Below are positions 1 through 8,856 of a DNA stretch of 64,000 nucleotides, piece after piece. The notes beneath the pieces were generated by a model. It had not been told where the DNA came from. It did no database searches and saw only the letters and a list, made by a program, of their open reading frames with translations. Every line of letters starts with the position of its first letter. The first letter of the stretch is position 1. The stretch lies in the NCBI GenBank assembly GCA_033762115.1, contig JANRLX010000134.1:1-64000 (forward strand), written 5' to 3'. The stretch comes from Verrucomicrobiota bacterium. Its GTDB lineage: Bacteria > Verrucomicrobiota > Verrucomicrobiia > Limisphaerales > SXQI01. A program made the position numbers and the translations under genes.

Positions 1-344
1 CCGGGTGAAGCCTGGCCGTTGATGAAGGTATAATTGCCTGCGATCAGAATGCGTCCTGCAGAATCGATATCCAATCCTGTGATTGGACCATTCGGTTGGG
101 CGGTAAAATTGGTATCCAGACTGCCATCGGTGTTCAGGCGAACGAGGTAATCGTTGGTTGAGCCATTCCAGTTTTTAAAAGAGCCAGCCACGACAACGCG
201 GCCATTGGGCTGGAGGGCGATTTTGTTGATTTCATTGTGAGGCACTGTTCCGGGATTGAAAGTGGGGTCCAGGAGAGCGCTTGAAATATTATGCGAGAGG
301 GAGAAAAGGATGACCGCGGCGCACAGCTGCTTAAATGGCTTCAT
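1..344 (-). CDS. Secreted delta-60 (DUF5122) beta-propeller repeat protein, 5' part only (runs off window)
   Basis: Manual translation from ATG 344: MKPFKQLCAAVILFSLSHNISSALLDPTFNPG...IALQPNGRVVVAGSF...LVRLNTDGSLDTNF, a signal peptide plus typical delta-60 repeat motifs. Not in the ORF track because it is truncated. Confidence 0.8.
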   Translation of the reverse strand, partial: MKPFKQLCAAVILFSLSHNISSALLDPTFNPGTVPHNEINKIALQPNGRVVVAGSFKNWNGSTNDYLVRLNTDGSLDTNFTAQPNGPITGLDIDSAGRILIAGNYTFINGQASP

Positions 345-561
345 ACAGTTTCAGGAGTAGGTCTTCTTCCAGCTTCCGAAGCTAAACCATGGGAATATCC
401 AGAACTAGACGGTGTCAGCCTGTTTGGGAATGCGGAGGAGCGTTGGAAGGGAAGGTCAGGGTGAAGCTGAGCCTAACGAACTTTTCGGTGAAGATATTGA
501 TTTCCCCATGAACCTGAAGAACTTTGAAGAGCCGGAATGGTTCCGGGGACGAACAGAGGTC

Positions 562-1326
562 ATGAGTGGGACGCCAAATCAGGGAGCAATCACGGGAAAG
601 AGTCAATGGGGTGAAATCATTCCGGATACTGAATGGTCAGTTTATCAAAGAGCGATTCAACTGTTTCGGGATTTGAAGGTGCCATTTGTTCTTGGCGGGG
701 CATTTGGGCTGGCTGGCTATACCGGGCGATGGAGGAACACCAAGGACATGGATTTTTTCCTGCGGCCATCCGACAAGGACAAAGTGGTCGATGCCCTGAC
801 AAAGGAGGGGTTTGAGGATTATTATACGCGACTTCCTTATGACCGCGGCTGGATTTACAGGGCAGTGGATGATGATGTGATTGTCGATTTGATTTGGGGA
901 ACACCGAATCGAGTCACTGAGGTGGATGATTTATGGTTCGAATTTGCCACGCCGATTTCGATTCGTGGTGAGGCGATGCATGTGCTGCCAGCGGAGGAGT
1001 TGCTCTACATCAAGTTGTTCGTGCTGCAACGCGATCGATGTGACTGGCCCGATTTATTGAACCTGCTGTACGCGGTGGGACCCAGGTTGCGCTGGGACCA
1101 TGTGATGCGGCGGCTGGGACCGGACAAGGGACTGATGGGAGGGTTGCTTCAGCTTTTCACGTGGCTTGCGCCTGAAATTGCGCGGAAACTGCCAATGGAA
1201 ATCCAGGAGCAGTTTCATCTTCAACCGAAGGAAGGAGTGCGGGATTTGCAGGGTAATGTGAATGTTCTCGATTCGCGCCCCTGGTTTTCTGCGTTTCAAC
1301 CGGTGGACCAGGCCATGCGCTTGTGA
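562..1326 (+). CDS. Uncharacterised Pol-beta-superfamily nucleotidyltransferase
   Basis: GGAFG...RNTKDMDFF (GG/GS + DxD) motif and RDRCDWPD. Start is uncertain (ORF opens at 412; ATGs at 508 and 562). Confidence 0.7.
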   Translation: MSGTPNQGAITGKSQWGEIIPDTEWSVYQRAIQLFRDLKVPFVLGGAFGLAGYTGRWRNTKDMDFFLRPSDKDKVVDALTKEGFEDYYTRLPYDRGWIYRAVDDDVIVDLIWGTPNRVTEVDDLWFEFATPISIRGEAMHVLPAEELLYIKLFVLQRDRCDWPDLLNLLYAVGPRLRWDHVMRRLGPDKGLMGGLLQLFTWLAPEIARKLPMEIQEQFHLQPKEGVRDLQGNVNVLDSRPWFSAFQPVDQAMRL

Positions 1327-1374
1327 GCAAAACCGGCTGATTGTGCTACAGTTAAGGGGAAGGAGGGCTATTGC

Positions 1375-2196
1375 ATGGAAGTTGGCGCGATGAATCATCC
1401 TGCTGCGGATGCAGTTGGGGAAATCCGTTGGATGTCGGAACTTGGGTTGGATTTTATTGACCTGACTCTTGAACCGCCCGGGGCAGCCCCTGCGTCAGTG
1501 GACACGCTCCGGATTCGGCGGGCGCTTGAGGAGCATCAGATGGGAGTGGTGGGGCATACGGCCTATTACCTGCCGATTGCAAATCCATTTGAGAGCCTGC
1601 GACGGGCGGCAGTGGAAGAGCTGAAACTTTGCCTGAGAAAATTTGCGGAGATTGGGGCGAAATGGATGAACATTCACCCTGATCGCCATGCGCCATTTCA
1701 TTCGAGGAGCTTCGTTATTGAAAAAAATGTGGAGAGTTTAAGGGCTTTACTGCCAGTGGTGGAGGAAACGGGCGTGGGGATCATGCTTGAGAACACTCCC
1801 GGAGATTTTAATGACGCCAATCAGCTTGGGGAAATATTGGATGCCATCCCTGAACTGGGGCTGCATCTGGATATTGGGCATTGCAACCTGCTGGTGCGGG
1901 AGAACACCGCCAATGAAATCATTCATCGGTACGGGAAACGGCTCAAGCATGTTCATTTGCACGACAACAAGGGAGGGGCAGCAGATCTTCATCTTCCACT
2001 TGGAACGGGAACATTGAACTTTGAAAATCATCTCCAGGTTTTAAAGAGCAGTGGATATGATGCCACGATCACCCTGGAAGTTTTTTCACCGGACCAGCAT
2101 TACCTGGCTCATAGCCGGGATGTGCTGAGGACAGTTTGGAACGGCCAGACCAGTGCTGGTCGGAAACGGGGAGAGCTTGCCTGCGCGTGTGTTTGA
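1375..2196 (+). CDS. Sugar phosphate isomerase/epimerase (xylose isomerase-like / AP endonuclease 2 TIM barrel)
   Basis: LEN, LDIGH, HVHLHDN, DLHLPLG and LEV metal-binding motifs. Confidence 0.85.
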   Translation: MEVGAMNHPAADAVGEIRWMSELGLDFIDLTLEPPGAAPASVDTLRIRRALEEHQMGVVGHTAYYLPIANPFESLRRAAVEELKLCLRKFAEIGAKWMNIHPDRHAPFHSRSFVIEKNVESLRALLPVVEETGVGIMLENTPGDFNDANQLGEILDAIPELGLHLDIGHCNLLVRENTANEIIHRYGKRLKHVHLHDNKGGAADLHLPLGTGTLNFENHLQVLKSSGYDATITLEVFSPDQHYLAHSRDVLRTVWNGQTSAGRKRGELACACV

Positions 2197-2233
2197 GCGG
2201 GGAATTGCAGGAAAATTATTCGGTTAAAAGAAC

Positions 2234-2262
2234 TTGCCCTGATAAAAGAGGTCGTTTACTTT
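2234..2262 (+). promoter_or_regulatory. Sigma-70-type promoter of tRNA-Lys
   Basis: TTGCCC-N17-TACTTT ~20 nt upstream of the tRNA. Confidence 0.5.
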
Positions 2263-2283
2263 TCGCTTCCCGTTTTCGGGCAT

Positions 2284-2359
2284 GGGTTGGTAGCTCAGTT
2301 GGTAGAGCAGTGCCCTTTTAAGGCATTGGTCCAGGGTTCGAGTCCCTGCCAACCCACCA
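2284..2359 (+). tRNA. tRNA-Lys (anticodon TTT)
   Basis: GGGTTGG/CCAACCC acceptor stem, D arm AGCTCAGTTGGTAGAGC, anticodon loop CTTTTAA, GTTCGAGTCC T arm, encoded CCA. Confidence 0.97.
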
Positions 2360-2393
2360 CTTCAATTTTTCTGCAACGATCCCAGATAACGAG

Positions 2394-3305
2394 TTACTTC
2401 GAGGGGATGGGGACGGTTATCGGAGGAAGCGGCGGCGCAGGCGCTCCCAATGAGTTGAAGCCGGGAGGAAGTGGAGGGAGACTGGAAACAAGTTCCCGCC
2501 AGCTGGCTCGTTCCCGAGGGGTCATGGTTTGCCATCGTTCCGCGTTTTTCAGGAACTGCCGCCGTTCAGCAGGGGACATTTGCGAGAGTCGTGAAAAAGA
2601 GTTGATGCAGACTCTTCGCTGCTCGGGCGGGAGGTTTTCAAAAACTTTTAGCGAGTGCTCCATGTCACGGCGTTCCTCCTCGGAAAGGGTGTGCAGGGCT
2701 TTTTCCTTTTCAGCCGGTGGAAGGTCGAAGAAGCGATTGAAATGGCTGTAAATCTTGTTCCGTTCATTGGCTGGCAGCTTCATCCATTGGGCAAGCCGTT
2801 CATCGTTGAAATGTTGCTTTTCATCAAAGGGACGGATGACGGGGTAGGGCATGGTTGAGGCGGTTGCCTGTTTTTGCACGAAATAGTGGAGTGTGCCTTC
2901 GTTTTGAAGGATCTGGCGTTTCAAAGGCAAGGGCAGTTTATCCCATTGTTCCAGCCGCTCGGAAATAAGGGGGCGGTAAGTTTCAGGAATTCTTTCGAGG
3001 CGCTGGGTGCGTACTTCCGGACCAGCTTGCAGGAGCGGTCGCAAAAAATAGCGAAGTTCAAGCAGTTGCAGTTTGCGCTCCCGTTCGGCAGCGGGCATGC
3101 CTGAATATTCAACGAGTTTGTCCTGGATCAGCTTGCGATGTTCAGGCGGGCGGTTGCTGATGGCTTTTTCCTGTTCAGCGGGGGGCAGGCTCAGCCACAT
3201 GCGGAATTCCGCCACGGGCGATTGGTTGGTGGAAGGGGGCACGACCTCTGCGCCGCATGTGCAAAGCAAAAAAGGAGCGATCGCAATGACAAGAATGAGC
3301 CGCAC
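2394..3305 (-). CDS. DUF3106-like exported helical-repeat protein
   Basis: Signal-like N-terminus from GTG 3305, repeated W/F-x-x-L-P-P-x-E-R/Q units and Pro-rich tail; lies downstream of the anti-sigma gene. Confidence 0.7.
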   Translation of the reverse strand: MRLILVIAIAPFLLCTCGAEVVPPSTNQSPVAEFRMWLSLPPAEQEKAISNRPPEHRKLIQDKLVEYSGMPAAERERKLQLLELRYFLRPLLQAGPEVRTQRLERIPETYRPLISERLEQWDKLPLPLKRQILQNEGTLHYFVQKQATASTMPYPVIRPFDEKQHFNDERLAQWMKLPANERNKIYSHFNRFFDLPPAEKEKALHTLSEEERRDMEHSLKVFENLPPEQRRVCINSFSRLSQMSPAERRQFLKNAERWQTMTPRERASWRELVSSLPPLPPGFNSLGAPAPPLPPITVPIPSK

Positions 3306-3306
3306 G

Positions 3307-3858
3307 TTATCTGGTTTCCAATACCGCCAGCAGCGCAACATCCGCGTCCTGGGCCTGGGTTAATCCGTAAATGGCGTCAAAATCCTGAAGGAGTTGAACA
3401 TCCGAAGGTTCGAGAGTGCTGTCCGGTTTTCCTGAAGGCTCTTCCAACAAACGGGCGGCCACATCGGAAACGAGGACGACACTTTGGGCAAGGTCGTTGC
3501 GGATTGCCTGCTGTCTCTGGTTCCATGCCAGGAGAAGAATGCAGGTGGCAACAGCCCCGCCGGTGAGCCAGCGTTTCAGATGAAACCAATGGAAAATGGA
3601 AAACCAGGAAGCGGCCGGGCGGGCTTGTTTTGGGGCGTTTTCAGCCCGCACAGCCTGGAGAACCCGAGTGGTAAAATTGCTGGAAACAGGGGTGGAGGGG
3701 AGCTGCTGGATCAGCTTGTCCAGGGCCATTTCGGCCTCCCAATCTGAACGAGCCGCAAGATCGGAAGCCAGTACTTTCTCAAACTGCTCCTGTTCCTCAG
3801 GTTTCAGGTTTCCCTGAAGGGCTTTCAGTTTCAGATTTTCAAAATCGGGAGCATTCAT
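3307..3858 (-). CDS. Putative membrane-anchored anti-sigma factor
   Basis: Directly downstream of the ECF sigma. N-terminal GNLKPEEQEQFE...LQQLP...VSSNFTTRVL segment, single TM helix. Confidence 0.7.
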   Translation of the reverse strand: MNAPDFENLKLKALQGNLKPEEQEQFEKVLASDLAARSDWEAEMALDKLIQQLPSTPVSSNFTTRVLQAVRAENAPKQARPAASWFSIFHWFHLKRWLTGGAVATCILLLAWNQRQQAIRNDLAQSVVLVSDVAARLLEEPSGKPDSTLEPSDVQLLQDFDAIYGLTQAQDADVALLAVLETR

Positions 3859-3916
3859 CTGACTGTTTATTAATTAACCGTTCGGTGGATTAAGTTGCTG
3901 GATGGAGGTAAAAAGT

Positions 3917-4516
3917 TCATTCGTTCCATTCGCCGGTTTTGAGATATGGTTTGAGCTTTTGTTTCAATGTTTCACGTCCACGGTGGATCAGGGATTTGGT
4001 GGCGGAAAGGGAGAGATCGAGGATTGAAGCGATCTCCTCGTAAGATTTTTCTCCCTCCTTAAAAAGCAGGATGGCAGTGCGCTGTTTTTCGGGCAGGGAG
4101 GCGAGGGCTTCCTCAACCTTGTGGATCAACTCATCCTGGAGCAATCGCTCGGAGGCAGGAGCATTGGATTTATCAATGTACTGACGCGGAGTGTGGTCCT
4201 CAGATTCCTGGCTCTGGTCCATCGAATCAGCAGGGTGCCGGGAGCGGCGCCGGATTTCATTAAGGCAGAGATTTCGAGCGATGGTGTAAAGCCAGGTGGA
4301 GAATTTGGCTTCCACACGATAACGATGAGCTGATTTGAAGACCTGCACGAATACATTTTGGGCGAGATCCTCCGCCTCAGTCGCATCATGCAATGTCCGG
4401 AAAAGCAGGTTGAGGATGGGCTGTTTGTATTTTTCGACCAGCAACTCAAAGGCAGCAATGTCCCCTTCCTTGACTTTTTGCATCAAGGCGGCGTCCTGGT
4501 CATTCTGCTCAGCCAT
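3917..4516 (-). CDS. ECF RNA polymerase sigma-70 factor
   Basis: Region 2 (AEDLAQNVF, FSTWLYTIARN) and region 4 (LPEKQRTAILL, SYEEIASIL, KSLIHRGR). Confidence 0.95.
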   Translation of the reverse strand: MAEQNDQDAALMQKVKEGDIAAFELLVEKYKQPILNLLFRTLHDATEAEDLAQNVFVQVFKSAHRYRVEAKFSTWLYTIARNLCLNEIRRRSRHPADSMDQSQESEDHTPRQYIDKSNAPASERLLQDELIHKVEEALASLPEKQRTAILLFKEGEKSYEEIASILDLSLSATKSLIHRGRETLKQKLKPYLKTGEWNE

Positions 4517-4566
4517 TCAGTTTCCCGAGCTTATTATACCCGTTTGCCGCGACAAGTTGCGAGCTA

Positions 4567-5490
4567 TTAACCAGGGAGAATTGATGGGAGCGCCTGATTG
4601 ATTTTTGGATGTTGTGGTTGAAAGCCAGCTTTCGCAAGGGAGCGAGGGAGAACACGCTGGCTTCGCAGGAGAAGGCCATCTGCCATTTCACCCAGCAGCA
4701 TGCGCAATGCAAAGGCAGGTACAGGAAGAATGGCTGGGCGATGCAATGCGGCAGCGAGGGCCGTCGTGAAATCACAGTTCCGAACAGGGTTTTCAGTGAC
4801 AATGTTAAAGGAGCCAGAAAGTTTTTGTTCTATAATGTGGAGAATTGCAGCCACAGCATCTTTAAGGGTAATCCAGCTCATCCATTGCTGCCCGTCGCCC
4901 AACTGTCCACCCAAACCGAGCCGAAAAACGGGGAGCATTTGTTTCAATGCACCGCCCTCCGGGGCAAGAATAAGTCCAAACCGGAGATGTGCCACGGGAA
5001 CATTGACTTTTTTGAGCGGTCCCGCCGCAGCTTCCCATTGTGCGCAGACTTTACCTAAAAAATCAGTTGCTGCCGGACTTTGTTCGTTTAATTCCTCCTC
5101 CCCACCATCTCCATATAATCCAATGGCAGAAGCGGAGAGGAACAGATCAGGTCGATGGTGGGAAGAAGCGAGATAACTTGATAACTTCCGGGTCACGTCC
5201 ACGCGGCTGTTTTGAATACGCTCTTTTTGTTCCTGGGTCCAGCGGCCAGCGGCTATGCTTTCCCCGGCAAGGTGCACAATGAACAATTGATCATTGACGC
5301 TGTCCGGGGGAAGATCGATCCGGCCAGTGGCAACATCCCAGAACAGAGTATGTTCCGTCAGTTTTGAGGGTGGAACCCGGACGGCTTTCCAGAGAATGTA
5401 ACCAGCGGCATGAGCGGTTGATGCCAAGGCTGAACCGACCAGTCCCGAAGCTCCGGTTATGATCAAATGTCTGTTCACGATTGAAGGCAA
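4567..5490 (-). CDS. TIGR01777-family NAD-dependent epimerase (YfcH-like)
   Basis: ITGASGLVG Rossmann motif, HLAGESIA...RWT, GQQWMSWI and DUF1731-type C-terminus. Start uncertain. Confidence 0.9.
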   Translation of the reverse strand: MPSIVNRHLIITGASGLVGSALASTAHAAGYILWKAVRVPPSKLTEHTLFWDVATGRIDLPPDSVNDQLFIVHLAGESIAAGRWTQEQKERIQNSRVDVTRKLSSYLASSHHRPDLFLSASAIGLYGDGGEEELNEQSPAATDFLGKVCAQWEAAAGPLKKVNVPVAHLRFGLILAPEGGALKQMLPVFRLGLGGQLGDGQQWMSWITLKDAVAAILHIIEQKLSGSFNIVTENPVRNCDFTTALAAALHRPAILPVPAFALRMLLGEMADGLLLRSQRVLPRSLAKAGFQPQHPKINQALPSILPG

Positions 5491-5604
5491 CCAGTTGTAG
5501 TATGCAAAGCAAGGGCAACTTTATCGTTCCTTTGTGTTTTGAGAAATCACCATTCATTTGCTTCTTGACTGAAATGGTGGTTGTTGATACTGGCTTTGAA
5601 AACG

Positions 5605-5676
5605 ATGCGATTGAACCTGAATCTGCTGCTTACAGGCAACGCTCTGCTGATTAGCAGGGCGGCAGAAGGGTTCTAA
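5605..5676 (+). CDS. Leucine-rich leader peptide of leuA (23 aa)
   Basis: MRLNLNLLLTGNALLISRAAEGF*, 7 Leu codons, immediately before a terminator and leuA. Confidence 0.8.
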   Translation: MRLNLNLLLTGNALLISRAAEGF

Positions 5677-5700
5677 CCGGATCACAAACGGATTTCCTGG

Positions 5701-5743
5701 ACCCCACTGCTGAAAATGATTGGCAGTGGGGTTTTTATTTTTT
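5701..5743 (+). terminator. Attenuator terminator upstream of leuA
   Basis: ACCCCACTGC...GCAGTGGGGT stem followed by TTTTATTTTTT. Confidence 0.85.
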
Positions 5744-5807
5744 CAAACTCCGCAACGAAACTGGCCGCAGGATTGGCCGGTAAATGGACCAAGTCCAAAA
5801 TAATAAT

Positions 5808-7370
5808 ATGAAGAGTAACCGGATCATCATCTTTGACACGACTCTCCGCGATGGAGAGCAATGCCCTGGCGCTTCCATGAATCTTCGCGAGAAGCTGGAA
5901 GTGGCCCGTCAGCTTGCACGCCTGAAGGTGGATGTGATCGAAGCTGGTTTCCCGGTGATCAGTGATGGGGATTTTGCCTCGGTGGAGTCGATTGCGCGGG
6001 AGATCAAGGGCCCGATGATTGCAGGGCTGGCCCGTTGCGTGGCCCGAGACATTGATGCGGCAGGGGAGGCGGTGAAACCAGCCGGCAAACGAGGACGCAT
6101 TCATGTGTTTCTCGCGACATCAAAAATCCATCGGGAATTCAAGCTTGGCAAACCGCAGGATGAAATCATCCGGCTGGCGGTGGAGGGGGTTAAGCGGGCG
6201 AAAACATTTGTTGAAAGCGTGGAGTTTTCCCCTGAGGACGGGTCACGCACGGAGCCTGATTTCCTTGTGCAGGTTTGCAAGGCGGTGGTGGCGGCAGGTG
6301 CGACAACGGTAAATATTCCTGATACCGTGGGATGGGCAGTGCCGGAAGAGTATGGCGCATTGATCGGCCATTTGTACGAAGCGGTGCCGGAATTCCGAAG
6401 TGGAAAAGCGGTGATCAGCGTTCATTGCCATAACGACCTTGGTTTGGCGGTGGCCAATTCGCTGGCAGCTGTGAAAGCTGGCGCACGCCAAATCGAATGC
6501 ACTGTCAACGGAATCGGTGAAAGGGCTGGAAATGCGGCGCTTGAAGAAATTGTGATGGGAATGAAAACCCGTGGTGATTTTTTTGGGAACCTTCATTGCG
6601 GAGTGAACACGAAAGAAATCGTGCGCTCATCCCGATTGGTTTCGCGCATGAGCGGGCTTGTCGTTCAACGAAGCAAGGCGATCGTTGGCGAAAATGCCTT
6701 TGCCCATGGCAGCGGAATCCACCAGGACGGAATTCTCAAGAAACGTGAAACTTACGAGATCATGGACCCGGAAGAGGTTGGGTGGGGGGTGACCGAACTT
6801 CCGCTGACCAAGCACAGCGGGCGGGCCGCAATGGCCATGCGCTTGCGGCATCTCGGTTTTAAAATGACTGACAGTGACGTGGCGGCGATTTTTGCAAAGT
6901 TCAAGGAGATCGGGGACAAGAAAAAATTTGTTTATGACGATGACCTGACAGCTTTGGTGGAAGGACATATCACGGAGGTGCCTGAAACATGGTCGCTGGA
7001 ATATTTAAGCGTTTCCAGCGGTAGCCAGACGGTGCCGACGGCGACGGTGCGTTTGCGCAAAGCGGGTGCTGAGTCCGCAGTGCAGGATGCAGGTATTGGT
7101 GATGGGCCGGTCGATGCGGCATTGAAAGCGATTGATCGCCTTACCAAGACGAATGGACGCTTGATCGATTACTCATTGCGGGCGGTGTCCCAGGGTAAGG
7201 ATGCGCTGGGGGAAGTGACATTAAAGGTGGATTTTGGCGATAAAAAGCTGGTCACCGGCAAGGGAGCCAGCACTGATGTGATCGAGGCAAGCGCTCGCGC
7301 TTACCTGAATGCAGTGAATCGCCATTTTACAGTCGACCAGCAGGGAGCAAAGGTCACAACGCAACCGTGA
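5808..7370 (+). CDS. leuA: 2-isopropylmalate synthase
   Basis: FDTTLRDGEQ, HCHNDLG and GIGERAGNA motifs; C-terminal regulatory domain GDGPVDA. ORF opens at 5784; 5808 is the probable start. Confidence 0.97.
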   Translation: MKSNRIIIFDTTLRDGEQCPGASMNLREKLEVARQLARLKVDVIEAGFPVISDGDFASVESIAREIKGPMIAGLARCVARDIDAAGEAVKPAGKRGRIHVFLATSKIHREFKLGKPQDEIIRLAVEGVKRAKTFVESVEFSPEDGSRTEPDFLVQVCKAVVAAGATTVNIPDTVGWAVPEEYGALIGHLYEAVPEFRSGKAVISVHCHNDLGLAVANSLAAVKAGARQIECTVNGIGERAGNAALEEIVMGMKTRGDFFGNLHCGVNTKEIVRSSRLVSRMSGLVVQRSKAIVGENAFAHGSGIHQDGILKKRETYEIMDPEEVGWGVTELPLTKHSGRAAMAMRLRHLGFKMTDSDVAAIFAKFKEIGDKKKFVYDDDLTALVEGHITEVPETWSLEYLSVSSGSQTVPTATVRLRKAGAESAVQDAGIGDGPVDAALKAIDRLTKTNGRLIDYSLRAVSQGKDALGEVTLKVDFGDKKLVTGKGASTDVIEASARAYLNAVNRHFTVDQQGAKVTTQP

Positions 7371-7372
7371 AA

Positions 7373-8113
7373 TTAATGAGCGTGGTCCATCCCAAGCGCG
7401 TGATGCCATGCGTGCAGGATATGATCAATAATGGCGTCCACACCGACGCCATGCTTGACCTGGGCAAAAACAAACGGCCCATTGCCGCGCATTTTTTTTG
7501 AATCACGGTCCATGACTTGCAAATCGGCGCCGACAATTGGGGCAAGGTCGGTTTTGTTGATCACGAGGAGGTCTGACTGGGTAATTCCGGGACCTCCTTT
7601 TCGCGGAACTTTATCGCCACCTGAAACATCGATCACCTGGATTGTATAATCGGCAAGTTCCCGGCTGAAACAGGCCGCGAGGTTGTCACCACCCGATTCG
7701 ATCAGGAGAATTTGAGGGGTGAATTTCCGGTGAAGCTCTTCCAGCGCGAGCAAGTTTGCTGAGATATCTTCACGAATGGCAGCGTGAGGGCAACCACCGG
7801 TCTCGACAGCCCGGATTCGATCCGGTTCCAAAGCTCCATTTTTTATCAGGAATTCCCCATCCTCCCGTGTGAAGATGTCATTGGTCACCGCGGCGATTTG
7901 CATGGTTTCCCGCAGCTTGCGGCAAAGTTGGAGCATGAGGGCTGTTTTGCCGCTTCCGACCGGGCCGCCGACGCCGACCGTGAATGCGCGTTGCTTGAAG
8001 TCACGGTCCAGCGGGCGGTCGCGCAGGTGAAACTGACCTGGATGGTCCATGTGTTCATGGGTGTGTCCATGTTCCCCATGAGAATGCGAGTGGTTGTGGG
8101 AATGGGTGTGCAT
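7373..8113 (-). CDS. ureG: Urease accessory GTPase with His-rich N-terminus
   Basis: [10 protein letters not shown]-loop, ETGGCPH, ESGGDNL and NKTD motifs. Start at MHTHSH (ATG 8113). Confidence 0.97.
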   Translation of the reverse strand: MHTHSHNHSHSHGEHGHTHEHMDHPGQFHLRDRPLDRDFKQRAFTVGVGGPVGSGKTALMLQLCRKLRETMQIAAVTNDIFTREDGEFLIKNGALEPDRIRAVETGGCPHAAIREDISANLLALEELHRKFTPQILLIESGGDNLAACFSRELADYTIQVIDVSGGDKVPRKGGPGITQSDLLVINKTDLAPIVGADLQVMDRDSKKMRGNGPFVFAQVKHGVGVDAIIDHILHAWHHALGMDHAH

Positions 8114-8115
8114 AT

Positions 8116-8856
8116 TCAACTTTGAAAAAGGCGGGAGTAAAGGCGGTCCTGTGTGCCTTGAAAAAGCTCCAGCAGCGGGGCTGTTTGAGCGACATCCTGC
8201 ATGCGGCTGTTGATGCTGCGAGATAAAACAGCTTCCGCAAATTGAGCGGTTTTTGACTGGATCGCCTGGGCTTCGCCGGGTCCGATTATGCCAAGCCGGA
8301 CGGAGCTGCTGATCCATCCGCGCAGTTGTGTAAATAAAAAAAGACGTGAAGTATCGAGTTTGGGAATTGAAAGGATTTTTGAGATTGCGCCAAAGACAAC
8401 GGCATTATGCCCAGGCAATCCGTTGGAAAGAAATTGTTGGCGCAAGGATTTCAATGGGAGCTGTTGAAAAGCGCGTTCGGCCGAAGCCAGCAACGCCTGT
8501 CCCTGGGCACGACTGGCACGATTGGCCACGTGGTTTGAAGTTGTGGCGTTACAGGTCCAATCGATTTCCGGGAGTGGAATTTCCCCAAGCCATGCTTCAT
8601 GGACGAAAGGCAAGATTGCTGAACCGGCCTGAGTTAATGCTGCATCAAGAAACTCAAGGAATTGGTCCCGGTTTGTGATCTGTTGGTTTTGATAAGCGGC
8701 TTCCAGTCCACCTGAATGGGCAAAGCCCCCGGTCGGGAAGGCGGAATCTGCGAGTTGCCAGATGATCCAGTCAGAAGCTGGTGGAGAAAAGGGAGGAGCG
8801 CCGTTTTGAAGGAGTGGCTGTTCAGAACAACGGAAGTGTAATCTTTGAAAGCTCAA
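8116..8856 (-). CDS. ureF: Urease accessory protein UreF
   Basis: [27 protein letters not shown] and C-terminal YSRLFQS. Confidence 0.93.
   Translation of the reverse strand: MSFQRLHFRCSEQPLLQNGAPPFSPPASDWIIWQLADSAFPTGGFAHSGGLEAAYQNQQITNRDQFLEFLDAALTQAGSAILPFVHEAWLGEIPLPEIDWTCNATTSNHVANRASRAQGQALLASAERAFQQLPLKSLRQQFLSNGLPGHNAVVFGAISKILSIPKLDTSRLFLFTQLRGWISSSVRLGIIGPGEAQAIQSKTAQFAEAVLSRSINSRMQDVAQTAPLLELFQGTQDRLYSRLFQS

Noticed and set aside
2287..2751. 154-aa ORF starting inside tRNA-Lys, and ORF 34444-34734 over tRNA-Arg
   Set aside because: They overlap tRNA genes and real opposite-strand or other-frame CDSs; spurious
8114..8317. N-terminal extension of ureG given in the ORF track (start 8317), and similar extensions for urtB, lpxA, lpxC and the desaturase
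   Set aside because: They overlap the upstream gene, hairpin or promoter; downstream ATG/GTG starts fit the family N-termini better
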